A stretch of DNA of 62,000 nt from Vicugna vicugna. Its lineage: Eukaryota. A model generated the notes under the pieces. That model was not told the DNA's origin. It saw only the letters and a list, made by a program, of their open reading frames with translations, and did not search any database. This document shows positions 11,479 through 24,003 of the stretch, in pieces. Within the stretch, counting starts at the first letter, position 1, and each line of letters starts with the position of its first letter. The DNA is taken from NCBI GenBank assembly GCA_013265495.1, contig MU058636.1:9893066-9955065 (forward strand), given 5' to 3'. The position numbers were made by a program, and so were the translations under genes.

Positions 11479-12254
11479 CTTTGCTCCCACTGACCCACTA
11501 CTAGCTGACAACTCTCTTAAATAATGTCATGACTTTCACAAGCACTGATGTATCTTCCTGGATACAGCAAGAATTTTGTTAAAAATCTACATTACTGCTG
11601 TGACTTTTGTTTTTCCAGTAAAATGATGGAAACAGTTCACAATATTGTTCTCAGGCGGACAGAAGATGCAAGAACTGTCCGAGACAATCAGAGACACACA
11701 TACTCAACTACACACTTCAGGATGGACTTATCCATTCTGCATCTTGAACTTGGACACACTCATCCCTGTTTCTCCCCTACTGAACCAGCTTGAGACACTG
11801 TAAGAATTCTCAACTTATTTGATACATCATAATTAATCAATACATTATATGGAAGACAAATGACTGTCCTGTTTCCCAGCCCCACTCCTTGACCCAGACA
11901 TTTTATTCTTTTAAAAATGATTATTGGGCTTACCAAACTGACTCCAGATGTGAGGAACAACCACAGGACACTCAACATGTATGAAGGCTTATGTCTCATG
12001 TTTCATATCATCAGAGAATGACCCAAATCATCCACTGATGAGTCCCTCTTTGGGGATCGTCTCTGATCAAAGAAGCAAAGGTGGGACATATCATAGGCAT
12101 TGGGGTTCCCAATACCTCAGTATTAAATGTCACATCTTGACTAACTTTGTGCTAAAGACCAGCCTCTGAAGTGGGACCTGACTTGACAAGAGTTAAGGAG
12201 TTCTACCCTTTCTCTGATGGTGAGCAGTCAGGAGCCTTGGCTGCCAGCAAGAAC

Positions 12255-12560
12255 CAATCTGAATGCCTAGAGAGGACATTATATCAAGTAAATAGGAAAA
12301 AGAGGCTCAATGGGAATCAATAGGGAGTAGTGAGGACTGTGGCAAAGTATTCTATAAAAAGGCAGCAACCACTAGGTTCCAATAAAGCTGGTTCCATGCT
12401 GGCCTGTGAAGTCAATGTTGCTAGATTTTAGAATTTTTAAGAGAAGTTAGAAATCTGGATGCTTGTGAGAAATTGCCTGGATTTTGAAAACATCACATAT
12501 ATCACAGCAAACACGGCTGAAGGCCAGCTCTGACCTCCCGTCACCAGCTGCAACTCCCAC
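12255..12560 (-). mobile_element. MER102-type hAT-Charlie element
   Basis: caatagggagtagtgaggactgtggcaa...tgttgctagatttt...aagagaagttagaaatctggat...cagctgcaactcc. Confidence 0.75.
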
Positions 12561-14304
12561 ATGAAACCATAATCAAGTAACATCTTATGAGTACAAGGTA
12601 CTCAGAGTTTGACAGGGAGGTCAGTGGTCAGAATGTTCAAAGAAAACTCTAATTTTCAATACTCGAACTTGTCATTCCTACCAATATTCTGACACCTGTT
12701 GGAACACATCTCAAGTTTTAATTCAGAGAAAGTAGCTTTGATAACTCTATTTAGCATCTTGGACTTCCTTCCAAGTTAGCAGTGGTCCCGCAAAGCTGAG
12801 AAAGAGAGAAGGAACTGGCTTAAGAGAAAAGGTAAAAAGAAGGTTGAGTTAGTATGTTATCTTAGGGACTAAGGGATGTTAAAAACTGCCTCAGTGTCTT
12901 CCAGCTCTTGACGTAACCCTCCTTTTCTTTCACTTGCTCTTACCTCTCAACATTTAAATGCTTTGGCTCTGTTATTAAAGAACTGGATCTGAGTCAATCT
13001 CAGAGGTCTAGTGCGTGCTGAGGGTACCACACTCATTAGACAATTACTACCCCTTTCTAAAAGTTTCAGTCCAACATCAGCAAAGCCTGCCTTCCAGCCT
13101 GAAATTCTTCCAACCCACTAACCAACAGATGGCATTAGCAACGTTTCTGAGACACACACACAGACACACACACACGCATCTTCCCGTGAGTGAATACACA
13201 GTTAGAAGCTCTGGTGTTAGAAGCAGAGTGAACTTATCAAGCCACAAAGCGGGTGGCAGGGAGAGAGATGAGTCTGAAGAAAGGTCACCCCGTCTGGGGC
13301 TCCCACTCCCGATGAAGGAGCCCAGGGCGTTAAAGGTCTACCACGTTTCCATGTGCGGGTGGAAACATGACTTGATCAAACATAGTCTTTGAACAGGAAA
13401 CGGGAGGGTCGTGAGTTTGGGCTGGAGCATGTGCAGAAATAATAACAACAACTCTGCCTTTGCTGGTGTCAAACCTCCATCTGTCACAGAGCCCAGGGAG
13501 CAGTGACAGGGCACTGTCTTCAGATGCTGCCTGCCATCGAGTGGCGGGAACAACCACAGAAAAATACCCTGTCAGCCCACCCAAGTCAATTAATTACACT
13601 GACTGCAAAACATCCAGGCACGGAGCACGGGAAACCTCTTTGGGGTCCTTTATCACAGCCTGCCTTTTCCAGAACGAGGCCAACTTGCTCCTATTTCAGC
13701 CGGCTCCAGCCCAGAGAGCAGGCAGAAGAGGGAAAAGAGAATGAGCCATCAGCGTTATTGAAAAGATTCATGATTAGTCACACTCATTCGCGGGCCAGGG
13801 CCCTGCCAGACACCGCAGCCCTCATTAGCAGACCTGAGAACTGGCGCGCCTCCCACAGCTGAGCAACAGCCCCGGGCCTGGCGGCCCCCGGGGACCCACG
13901 AAGCCCTGTTCTCCCACACCCTGCAATGAGCGGGGCCGGTCTGGGCAGGCCTGGGTGCAACTGGCTCCCCACATGCTAAGTGAATCTGTTTTTTGCTCTG
14001 TGTTGCTTAAAATATAATTATCCCAGAGCTCAGTCGGTGTGGAGATGAAGGTAACATCTCTTCACGTTACGCTGAAACAGTCGCCTGCCTGGGGCCGCCA
14101 TTTTCTCCCCAGGTTCCCCTTGGGGGACCCCAGAGCTGGGCAGCGACGTGGTTTGTCAGCCTGGCTCCTCTCGTACCCAACTGCAGCTGTGAGCCTTGCT
14201 CTTCTGGAACTAGAAATGAGTCTTTTCCTTGTCTGAGTAATGCCAGCAATTAAAACTTACATGTACAGTGCCGGTCACTGCAGGGCTCAAGGCGCTGAAG
14301 ACTG

Positions 14305-14415
14305 ATCCAACTCATTTGCAGGAGACAAGGGTAGGCTGTAGGAATGGTTGATTTTGGTTCCCAGAGCAATGGGGAAACTGAGGCTGGGAGGCCAAAGGAC
14401 TTGCTTGAAAGTGTA
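14305..14415 (-). mobile_element. MIR fragment
   Basis: atggggaaactgaggctgggaggccaaaggacttgc. Confidence 0.6.
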
Positions 14416-15519
14416 AAACAAGAAAGGAAAACCAAGTGCCTGCTTTTCTGTTTATTTTGACCCCATTTGTTCGAGCTACAGTCCCACACGAGAAGATGCT
14501 GCTTCCAGCCAGGACGGTAAAGCATTACCCCCCTTATGAAAACATCACTCTCAGAGCCATCACTCCATCATATTCAGTTGACACAAACCAGAAAGATCTG
14601 GCTTCTGTTCGGGCACTCTGTACCCTCCACCGGGGATCTGAAAGCAGAGTGGATGGGGCCAAGACGTCGCAGGCCATCACAACAGGCACTGAGCACAGTG
14701 GGTTGTCACCGCATCCCTCAGAGAGATGTGCAGCCACAGCAGCCTCTTATCACCCAGCTCAGGGCAGAGCTGGCACCGCTCCTGCCAAGTCACTGCAGAG
14801 CCCGACTCCAGAGCTCATGGGGTTGGGTGTGCACTGATACGTATCTTGGCTTAGATTTATGGTATCTGCCCAAAGTCACCCTGGCCTGGAAAGAAATTCA
14901 AGTGGTGATTAAGAACCATCATTAACAGCGTCAGGATGACTCAAAGCATTCACACTCCATTTCTTCAGGCTGGAGACGCCTGCACCCTGGCTTCGAGGCG
15001 ATGACCCGGGCAAGTAGGGTAAGGCCTTGGGGAAATTCCTATGTGTTTCTAGAGCTTTCAAAACTCCCTGCAAAGCTGCTAGACTGTACCGCACTTCATT
15101 TAAAGGAAGCATGGTGGCAAACTTAGGGAAAATGTGTGAAGGCCGTTTACCGTAAGGAACACGCCGCCCTGGGCCTCCCTCCTCCTCCCAGAGGGAGGCG
15201 TGGCCTGGAGGTGGGGGGTGGGGGGCGAGGGGGAGGTGTGAGTCCTCCAATCTCTCCCATTTGCTGTGTTCCTGAGTCAAAAGAGATACAGCTTAAGACA
15301 GGAGATAAAGGTCAAAGAATAGCTCCCCTGAGCCCCCTAAAATACAATCACGAATCACCCGGGACTGCGACAGCCCCCTCACCTCCATCAAGGCGGGGCT
15401 TGATGGCCAGGGTGACTATTCATGACCACGGGGCCCCTCTGAAGCCTGACTGTTGTATGCACTATAAATCCTTTGCTTCCGATTTTTGCATTAATTGCTT
15501 TCAGAAGGGTGGCAGTGAT

Positions 15520-15732
15520 AGCAGTAGCTGGCAGTTTCGGCACACTTATTCCCAGACGCCATTTTAAGTGTGTTGACTCTGTGAGCTAACCCCGCCAAAC
15601 CTTACGAGGAAGTATTTTCCTCATTTACACCCATGAGGGAGCCCGTACGCTGAGAATTCCCCGGCACACAGCTAGGGAGTGGCCGAGCTGGGGTTTGGAC
15701 CCAGAGCCCAGTGTGCTGAGCCACTATGCTGG
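15520..15732 (-). mobile_element. MIR SINE
   Basis: cacacagctagggagtggccgagctggggtttggacccag...gagccactatgctg. Confidence 0.65.
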
Positions 15733-15892
15733 TTAAGAAATGATGATGTGATTCTATGCAGACACGGGGTCTTTTGTACCCAATGCGCTCCTGAGCGATT
15801 GGGAGGACCTCTCTCTCTTCAGTGACATGAGGACGTGCAAGAGACGCAAAGAAGATTCTAGAAATTAAAGCCAAGGGGAGGTTTGGGATCAC

Positions 15893-16132
15893 GGTCAAGA
15901 ACAAGGGCTTTATGGTCAACAGGTCTGGCTGGAATCCACTGTCTCCTACCAGCTCGGTGACCTTGGGCAAGTTACACAACCTCTCTAAGCCTCATTGTTC
16001 CCATTTATAAAATGGGGGCATGAGGGACCCAGTGTTCTTGGAGGGTTAAAAAGAGCTGAACCCCGCACACAGCACTGAACAGTGGCTGGCTGGCAGTCGA
16101 TATGGCATGCATGCTGGTGTGAATTGTTATTA
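15893..16132 (+). mobile_element. MIR SINE
   Basis: gtgaccttgggcaagttacacaacctctctaagcctca...ataaaatgggg. Confidence 0.8.
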
Positions 16133-17017
16133 AATACAGTGAGTTAAAGGACAATCAGGGAAAGATAAAGTTTAAAGAACAAAGATTTAAGGTCCACATT
16201 ATCTTCTTCGTGATCAACTTTGTTATCAAGACTTGTGGACCATACACAAGAAATTGCCCTTAAAACAGGACTTCTGGAAAAAGAGTCCTTTCGCTCTCCT
16301 GGCTGCTGTCATTCATCCTCCTTCACGCCTTCCTCCCCAGGATCTGGTGACTAACTCACAGTTGTCATGTACCAGTTAAGCCCGGCGTCCCCACACCCCG
16401 GCTCCGAGCCTCGGTAACAGGCCCGCGGTGATCATGGGTTTCTACTGGAAAACTGCCTCTGGGTGGTGGGGGTGAGACCCCCAATCCAGAGCCAGCCTCT
16501 CTTCGCCCTGGCCCCTCACATCACCCTCATCCACCGCCTCACGGCTCCCCACAACTTGGCAATGTGTTGGCAGGTCGCTGGCTGGGAGCCTGTATTCCTC
16601 ACACAGATCCTGTCACTATAATAACCATCTTTTCTCTTGCGGTGAAGAGTAATTGAATTAAATTGGGCGGCATCTGACCCTGGCCGTGCTAATTGCCTGA
16701 TCCAATTGAGGCCTCCGTGAGGTCGCGGGCAGGAATGAACAGAACAGCCAGACAGATGTCCTCGGCCCGCAGGCCTGGCCGGAGGGTTGATTTCCGTGCT
16801 CGCCCTGGACACCTTCCTCCTCCCTGTGGAACCCTCTGGAGGCTCAGTGGGCCTGGGAGTGAAGCAGGAGAGTCCCCAGGTGTGTGGGGGACACGGTCGA
16901 GCCGGCAGGAGCCAGGTTTGACTGATGTCACGACATATGGACGTGCAGATGTTTAAACCGGGATGGATGGAAACACAGGTGACAGGTGACATCTGCCAAA
17001 ATGGGCTCAGAAATTAA

Positions 17018-17068
17018 TGTGTATGTGTATGTATGTGTGTGTGTGCATGTGTGTGTGTGTGCATGTGC
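17018..17068. repeat. Compound (TG)n/(TATGTG)n microsatellite
   Basis: Seen directly. Confidence 0.9.
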
Positions 17069-18599
17069 TGGAGGGAGACCCAAGAGTAGTAATGAAGAAT
17101 TTTGCTCTGGTAACATCTCACAGTGTCTGTGGTTTAAAAGTCAAATGACAGAGCAAACAGGCAGCCCCAGTAGCCTTTATCAAGAGTAAAAATTATGCAG
17201 GTATGTATCTGAAAGTAAATAAGAAACCCAGATGACTGCCTTTAAATGTCTAACTAGCTCTATTTTCCCTTCTTTCTGCAGATAAAATTAAATAGAGGCA
17301 CCACCATCTAAATGTATCAGTAGGATGTACAAAGGGACACCAGGAGGGAAAGACAGGAGGATGTCTCAGGGGCTTATGCCTTTAAAAATCTCTTTTTTGG
17401 TCATCCCTCCCACCCGAGTCCTCCCTGTCCCCTTGGTCCTGGCACCGCTGTTCACCCTTCAGACGTGGAAGTGAGTGGCCTTCGCAAAAGCTCGACCCCG
17501 TGTCTCTCAACTGCCATTGCATAATCCCTCAAGGCAACCATGGAAACGAAAAGATGCTCACACATCGAGGGCGCCTGGAAATTGGGCTCTGCTTGTAAAA
17601 CACTGACCAGCTTGACTTCCATCCTCAGGGACACAACCTCTGTCACTTTGCCGTGGCGATCTCCCTTGCTGGCTGGCCCTTCGTGAACCAAGTAATGGAG
17701 TTGCCAGGCTGGGAGGAGTCCTTCATTTGGACTGGTCCCTCAGGGCCCTCCAGGAGGGAAAAAGTGCTGGGGTTTTAAGAAGAATAAACAGCGGTCAGTC
17801 ACAAGAACTTAGGAGGGTAAAAATGATTGTCCTCTCAAGGAACCCAGAGGAGATGGTTTCTGATTGTGTCTGTTCTCATATTAGTGGTCCAAGAGGAGGT
17901 GACCGAAGGATTTCCCCCTTCATTTCTATTCAGAAGGTTCAGTTTGTGTGTGAGGATAAGGATCTGTGGGCTGAGCGAGAAAGGAAGTCACAAACACCCA
18001 ATGATTTTTCAAATTACGGGTTATGGCACATTAATGACTCCCAGGATGGGGAAAGTTTCCATCAGGACATATGATTCAGCCCAGTGAGGGAGCCCAGAGC
18101 CTTCAGTAGGTGCCAGCTTGGTTCTCAACCCACTAATCCTCTACAGCCAACCACCGCCTTCCCAGAGAGAGGTCCTCCCCAGAGACGTGGTGAGTCACCA
18201 GCCCAGTATTGATACAGCAAAGGGAGTAATCTTGCTGCACTAAAGGGAACCAGCTTAAAGTCTGAGATCAGGACCTAAAGGAGCATGAGGAATAGAGGAG
18301 AAGAGCAAAGGCAGCCTGGCCTGCAGAGCTTCCCCCTGTGTGGCTTTCCACACCAGTGCAGACTTCATACTTCAGTCCTAAGGGCTGTCCTTAATCATAC
18401 AAACATTGCAAACTTGTCCCTATTCATTGGCTGTTAAAAGAAATGAATGATAGATTAAATGGGGTGCTAGTCAAGTATGTATATATACCTGGTCAGGGAA
18501 TTCTCAGGATGCAAACGAGCACAGCAGAATCAACTCTCCAGAGCCCATCATGAAATTCAGCGCCATCTTGGCGCTCTCTTGGTCCCCTTTTTCATCAGC

Positions 18600-18900
18600 T
18601 TGCCTTCCCGCCTCTTCCCTGTTCATGGCGAGGTTCCATAGGTGCTGTAGGTGGCCTCTGTCTTTCCTCTGTCTACACATGCTCCCTGCGGGAGATCATT
18701 AACAGCTGGGGAGGGCTTCAGTTACCAGAGGCACATTTGGAAAGGCCCAAATCCAGATCCACACTCTCACCTCAACTTCAGTACATTCAGTAAATATCAG
18801 TGGAGAACTCACTACGTGGGAGGCCCGGGGCTGGGCACGCGGCACAGGGAAATGAACAAAGCATGGTGTCGGCTGTCAAGGCTCACCTATAATTTTATAT
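18600..18900. mobile_element. L2 internal fragment (+) abutting an L2 3' end (-)
   Basis: ctctgtctacacatgctccctg...cccaaatccagatcc (+), then cattcagtaaatatcagtggagaactcactacgtg...gaaatgaacaaagcatggt (-). Confidence 0.55.
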
Positions 18901-19679
18901 CCGGATGTGATCAGAATTTTCCATTCAGACTTTTTGTAATAACAATAACGGTAATTTTTAAAAAATCTGCTACCATTTGTTGAGAACCTATTTCAAGCTC
19001 ACTACTCAATACAAGGTGCTTGTTGGCCCTCCGGGCATGTGGGTGTGGCCTCGCTCACCTGCTGGCCAGGTGAGCCTCAGGTGCATCACCGTAGGCAGTA
19101 TGTGTGCTCGTCGCAGCCTGACAGCCGGGCAGTGACAGTAGATGCAGACCAGGTCACATCTTGATGATGCGTTTTGGTTCATTTTAGCACTGATCCTAGT
19201 TTCATGACGCTCCCTACCTTCCCGTGTAGGTAGATAATAACTGAAATCTCAAGTAAAAACATCTTGCAGCCACTCTTTTAAGCTTCCAGATCCATTGAAT
19301 ATCCTGAGATTGAAAATTGAGGGGTTTTATTTTAAAAGCTACGTTTGCAACTTGTTCCCTGAGTGAGTCGGTTTTCTCAATATTATATAATTAGAATAAT
19401 ATATATAAAATGGAAGATGAGCTTGTCACACATAATCACAACGTGTTTTTATTAATACCTCTTAATTGTTCTCACTGGTTGATTTTGTAACTGTCAGAAA
19501 TTTGAAGTAACAAACTAAACATTCCCTAATAAAATGCTTTTTATCTGTTTCACATGCTGGGGTTCTCCAGGTTTTGTTTGGGAAAGAAATACTTAGTGCC
19601 AAAGAAGTTTGAAAACTACAGAACAAAACTAAGGATTTAACCCCAGGTACAAAGCCCTCCTGAGCTGGCCCTGCCTGAC

Positions 19680-20076
19680 TCTTCAGTCCCACACCCTTCC
19701 CCTCCCCTCACACGTACCCTGCACCCAGATATGCAAAATCACCTGCTCCTCCTCCATCTGAGTCTTTGCTTGTACACGCTGTGCTGTGTCCTCCCCTGGA
19801 ATGCCCTTTCCCCTCTCACCTTCCACTGACTGCCACCTCCAGGAAGCCACCCTGAATTCTCCAGGTCGAGATAGGATGTGTGTGCCCAGGTCTGTGTTCC
19901 CACACAAGTGCTCCCCCAGCACTTCCCTCATTGCTGTAGTTTTTTGTCTACCTGTCTGAGCTCCTAGTTGGGAAGAACTGTGGCTTATTTAAAATATTTA
20001 GGTACTTAGTGGTTACCCACTACTGGCTTATAGTAAGTACTTGATAAATGTGGGTTGAATGAATGAATGAATGAAT
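19680..20076 (+). mobile_element. L2 3' end with (GAAT)n tail
   Basis: cctggaatgccctttcc...cacctccaggaagcc...tagtaagtacttgataaatgtgggttgaatgaatgaatgaatgaat. Confidence 0.8.
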
Positions 20077-20169
20077 AGGTAATCAACTTAAATAAGAACC
20101 TGGATTTAGTCCTTAAAGGATCTGAGCTTTCACATTTCTGAAATGCCCATGCTTGAAACATAACCTACA

Positions 20170-20395
20170 AAACATCAGGTCCTGCTTAAACTGTTTATGC
20201 AAATTGCCTCATTTTAACCTTCCAAACCAGCTCCCTGTGGTGGGTGGTATAATCATCATGCTAACTTTTCAGATGAGGAAACTGAGGCACAGTAAGGTGA
20301 TGTAATATGACCAAGTTCCCATGGCTACCGAAAGACAGAGTGACCCTTGGTTCCCAAGCTCAAACGCCATGAGAACATCCTGCTCTAATACTCTG
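20170..20395 (-). mobile_element. MIR SINE
   Basis: ttttcagatgaggaaactgaggcacag. Confidence 0.8.
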
Positions 20396-20624
20396 CTCAG
20401 TGGGCTCCTGACTGATTACACAGCAAAGGCAGTTAAACATCTTCTTGAAGTCACGCCATGACGGCAATCCTCTAAAACAGATGCATCTGGGAACTGGCGA
20501 GGCCGTATTCCTCTGCACGGGATGGTCCCAGAGCACGGCAAATTTTAAATACGAATTCTGTTTTGTTTACTGCCATCAGGGCTTGCTTCTCAGTGTGCCT
20601 GTCTTTGGAAAGACCAGGGGCAGA

Positions 20625-20810
20625 AGAGGGAGAAACATGAGCTTTGGGTCATAGACTCCCAAATGAGAAGCACAAATCTACCTTTTATTGGCCGACTGAC
20701 CTTCTCTGAATCTGTTTTATCATCTTTACAATGAGTCCATCACACCAGTGTAACACTGGCTGACATTATTGTTGTTAGAAACAAAATAAATATGTATGAA
20801 ATATCTACTC
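20625..20810 (+). mobile_element. MIR SINE
   Basis: gagctttgggtcatagac...cttctctgaatctgttttatcatctttacaatg. Confidence 0.6.
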
Positions 20811-22204
20811 TGTTCACTTATCTTTCTCCTTCCCATTCTAAATCCTTTGATTGTAACATGCTATGTAGTTTGAAACCAAGCTTGTTAGCATCCTGCCTAA
20901 GATAAGCATAAACAAGGTTCTGTTTGTGCATTCTTTGAATAAAGCAGGTAAGCTTTAGAACGTGTCTTCTCCAAGCCGTTCCCTTGGCAGCCCTGGGGAC
21001 GTCTTGGCGTTCTTCCTGAGTCTTGGCTGCCTTCCGGATAGAGGAGGTTGGTCCCGGATAAGTGATGGGTTCTGGTAGTCACCCGTCTTACCGGGCTCAC
21101 CGCTTGGTGGCAGCACACCACACTTCCTTTATCCCTACTCTTCCCTGTGGGTGTGGGAAAGGAGGCGCTCTACTTAGGGGCCAATCTCCACCTCTCCAGC
21201 TTCTACATTGCTTTTGATGTTAAGAGATCGCTTGCGCGATTCGGTGATAGCAAACACCGTTGGTGTGTGTTTGTATGCACTCCTGTAGGACGACGTGGAG
21301 TTTTGCCAAAGCCAAACTCAGCACATTTCATTAGACTGTTTTCACTGGGAGGTTTTTCTTACGCAAAATTATCCACAATTAAAAATACGGAGAAATTTTC
21401 TCAGGGTGGCCCAGCTTTTTCAAAGATCAGGACAGAACCTTTATCGAAAGAGCAATTTATAATGCCAGTAATTTTCCACCTCTGTCCGGCTATCATTAAG
21501 GATGGCAGTTTTAAAAGGAGCTTTTTGCTCCGGTCTCCCCTCTCAGCTCATAGCCTCGTGTAATGGCCTGTCTCTGACTCCAGCGCATTGCCATGGCAGT
21601 AATTATACCACAGGCTCAGAAGGGCAATTTGCCACAGAATCAAAGAAGCAGCAATCGGGCTCAAAATGAAAAACAATCTCTAGATACGGGAAGGAAAGGA
21701 GCCTGATGGAGTGGGGAGGGTCCAAAGAGCCCTGTTTTATGTGGAAGAGTGCACTGGACGGAAGTTCTGGAACCAAATATCATCAGAATAAGACAAAAAC
21801 GTATGAAGTGAATTAAATCCTTTTCCTGTTGCCTGCTTCCCTTCTCCAATATATTTTTTCATCCCAGCACATGGTTAGATGGTCCCCAATAAATGGTTCT
21901 TGACAGCTGCTGTGATAGTTTCTAGAGCAAGCTTTCCAAAGGAATGATTTTATTGCTTTCATAAAGTCCCGGAAGAGAATCACAGACCCCATGGCTGCGG
22001 ATGTGATCTGGGAGTTCACCTTGCCCCGTTCCTCTGCGTTCCTGAATTTTCAAACTGAAACTTTCCCAGGAAGATCAAAATCGACACTGCAAAGATCATG
22101 AAAACATTTTTTTGAGGCCAAGGACAAAGATCCCTCAGGGTAACGCAGCAGATGTTTTGTCCAGCAAGGAACATGCGATCCGATGTCAGGAGACCCTGGT
22201 GGAA

Positions 22205-22375
22205 GGCTGGGCTCTGGGGTCTGCCAACCCTGCCATCCGGACAAGTCACATGCTGTCTCCACGCCTGGGCTGCTTCAAAAATGGAGATAATGATCTACGT
22301 CACAGGGTTGTTCCAAAGATCTAGTGAGACAATGGATGCGAAAGGGCTTTGTAAACTGGGGAGTGCTATTCAATT
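22205..22375 (+). mobile_element. MIR (MIRc/MIR3-like)
   Basis: ggacaagtcac...aaaatggagataatgatctacgtcacagggttgtt...gcgaaagggctttgtaaactg. Confidence 0.65.
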
Positions 22376-22759
22376 GCCACTTACCAGCACTGTTGAGCTC
22401 ACTGAGTTCATTTTTGCCTCTGGGGGCTGCGGCACCGACTCCTTTACCACCAAAATGCAGAGGACAGAGGCCTGCAGGGGAGGAGCGCCTTCCAGCCGTG
22501 TGCACAGGCGCCGCAGGCCCAGCAGCCTGGAGGGAGGAGTGATCTGAGGACCGAGGGGCACGGAGCCCCTTAGAAGCAGCAGCCCCCGCCGCCGCCTCCC
22601 TCGGGGAGCGCACCTCTGCACTTCCCGCAGCCCAGCCCCCATCGAGCCTGGAACTGTGGCCCGAGTGACAGGAGATGTGGATTCGGGGCACTATCTTGCC
22701 GTATGACCCTAGGTTATTTCTTCACTTCTTTGGCTACTCGTTCAAAATAAATAATGACT

Positions 22760-23140
22760 AGAGACCCAGACTCGTGAGCCAGGTCACCTGGATCCAAATC
22801 CTGGTTCCACCCATGACTTAAGGTGACTTTGGGATGCCTACAAATACTAGTCAGTATTTACTGAGCATTCAGACACGCTAGCCCTGCTCCGAAGGCTTTA
22901 TCCGTATCAACTCAGGTGATCTTCACAATAGCCTTATGAGGTTAGCCTGGTTATTATTCCTATATTCCAGACAATGAAATTGAGGCCCAAGTGCTTCAGT
23001 AACTTCAGTAACTTGCCCACGGTCACTCACACACTCACCACAATGATGCCTAACTCTTCCTAAAGACGTATGTGAGGTGCCCAGAGCAGTGTCTGCTGCT
23101 AGGCAAACACTCCATGAGAACTATCATTTATTGTTTATTA
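22760..23140. mobile_element. MIR (+) split by an antisense MIR (~22845-23035)
   Basis: MIR head (cctggatccaaatcctggttccac), then antisense MIR (tatttactgagc...aatgaaattgaggccca...gtaacttgcccacggtcac), then MIR tail (gtgcccagagcagtgtctg...). Confidence 0.6.
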
Positions 23141-23315
23141 GGGACCAGCTGTTTTGCTAGATGTATCTAGAATACACAAGCTCCCTAGCTCCACCTGACA
23201 AAGATAAAAAATAATAGTACCTGCTCTATTTAGTCCAGAGGGCTATTCTGGGGATCAAGTCAGAAAGGCAGTATGTAAAGATGCTGGTGGGCTTGGTGGG
23301 GGTCGGGTTGCCTAG

Positions 23316-23458
23316 TGGTTATAGCTCAGTGGTAGAGCCCATGTTTAACATGTACAAGATCCTGGGTTCAATCCCCAGGACCTTCTCTAAAAATAAATAG
23401 ATAAATAAAACTAATTACCTCCTCACCTCTCAAAAAAAGAAAGAAAGAAAAAAAAAAT
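23316..23458 (+). mobile_element. Camelid tRNA-derived SINE (Vic-1-like)
   Basis: tatagctcagtggtagag (A box), gggttcaatccc (B box), aaataaatagataaataaaactaattacctcc and poly(A). Confidence 0.9.
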
Positions 23459-23465
23459 CATCTCC

Positions 23466-24003
23466 ACTATTTACAATAGCCAAGACATGGAAACAACCTA
23501 AATGTCCATCCACTGATGATTGGATAAAGAAGTTGTGGTATATTTACACAATGGAAAACTATTCAGCCATAAAAAGGAATAAACTAATGTCCTTTGCAGC
23601 AACATGGATGGACCTGGAGATCGTCATTCTAAGTGAAGTAAGCCAGAGAGAAAAAGAAAAATACCATATGATATCACTTATATGTGGAATCTAAAAAAAA
23701 AAAGACACTTATGAATTTATTTACAAAACAGAAACAGATTCACAGACATACAGAACAAACTTATGGTTACTGAGGAGGGGAAGGGGTGGGAAGGGATAAA
23801 TCGGGAGTTCAAAATTTGCAGATACGACTATGTATAAAATAGATAAACAAGTTTCTACTGTATAGCACAGGGAAATACATTCAATATCTTATAGTGATCT
23901 ATAATGAAAATGAATATACAGATGTACACATATGACTGAAACATTATGTATACACCAGAAATTGACGCAACATTGTAAACTGACTATACTGCAATTAAAA
24001 AAA
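23466..24003 (+). mobile_element. Lineage-specific L1 3' end
   Basis: ctatttacaatagccaagacatggaaacaacctaaatgtcca...aactgactatactgcaatt plus A tail; clearly paralogous to 6272-7058 and 4459-4689. Confidence 0.95.

Noticed and set aside
18559..18575. agcgcca-tct-tggcgct palindrome with YY1-like core
   Set aside because: Only 7-bp arms, isolated, at the edge of an L2 relic.
23316..23390. tRNA gene
   Set aside because: The A/B boxes are followed by a SINE body and poly(A), and there is no complete cloverleaf or acceptor stem. The same applies to 8470-8539.
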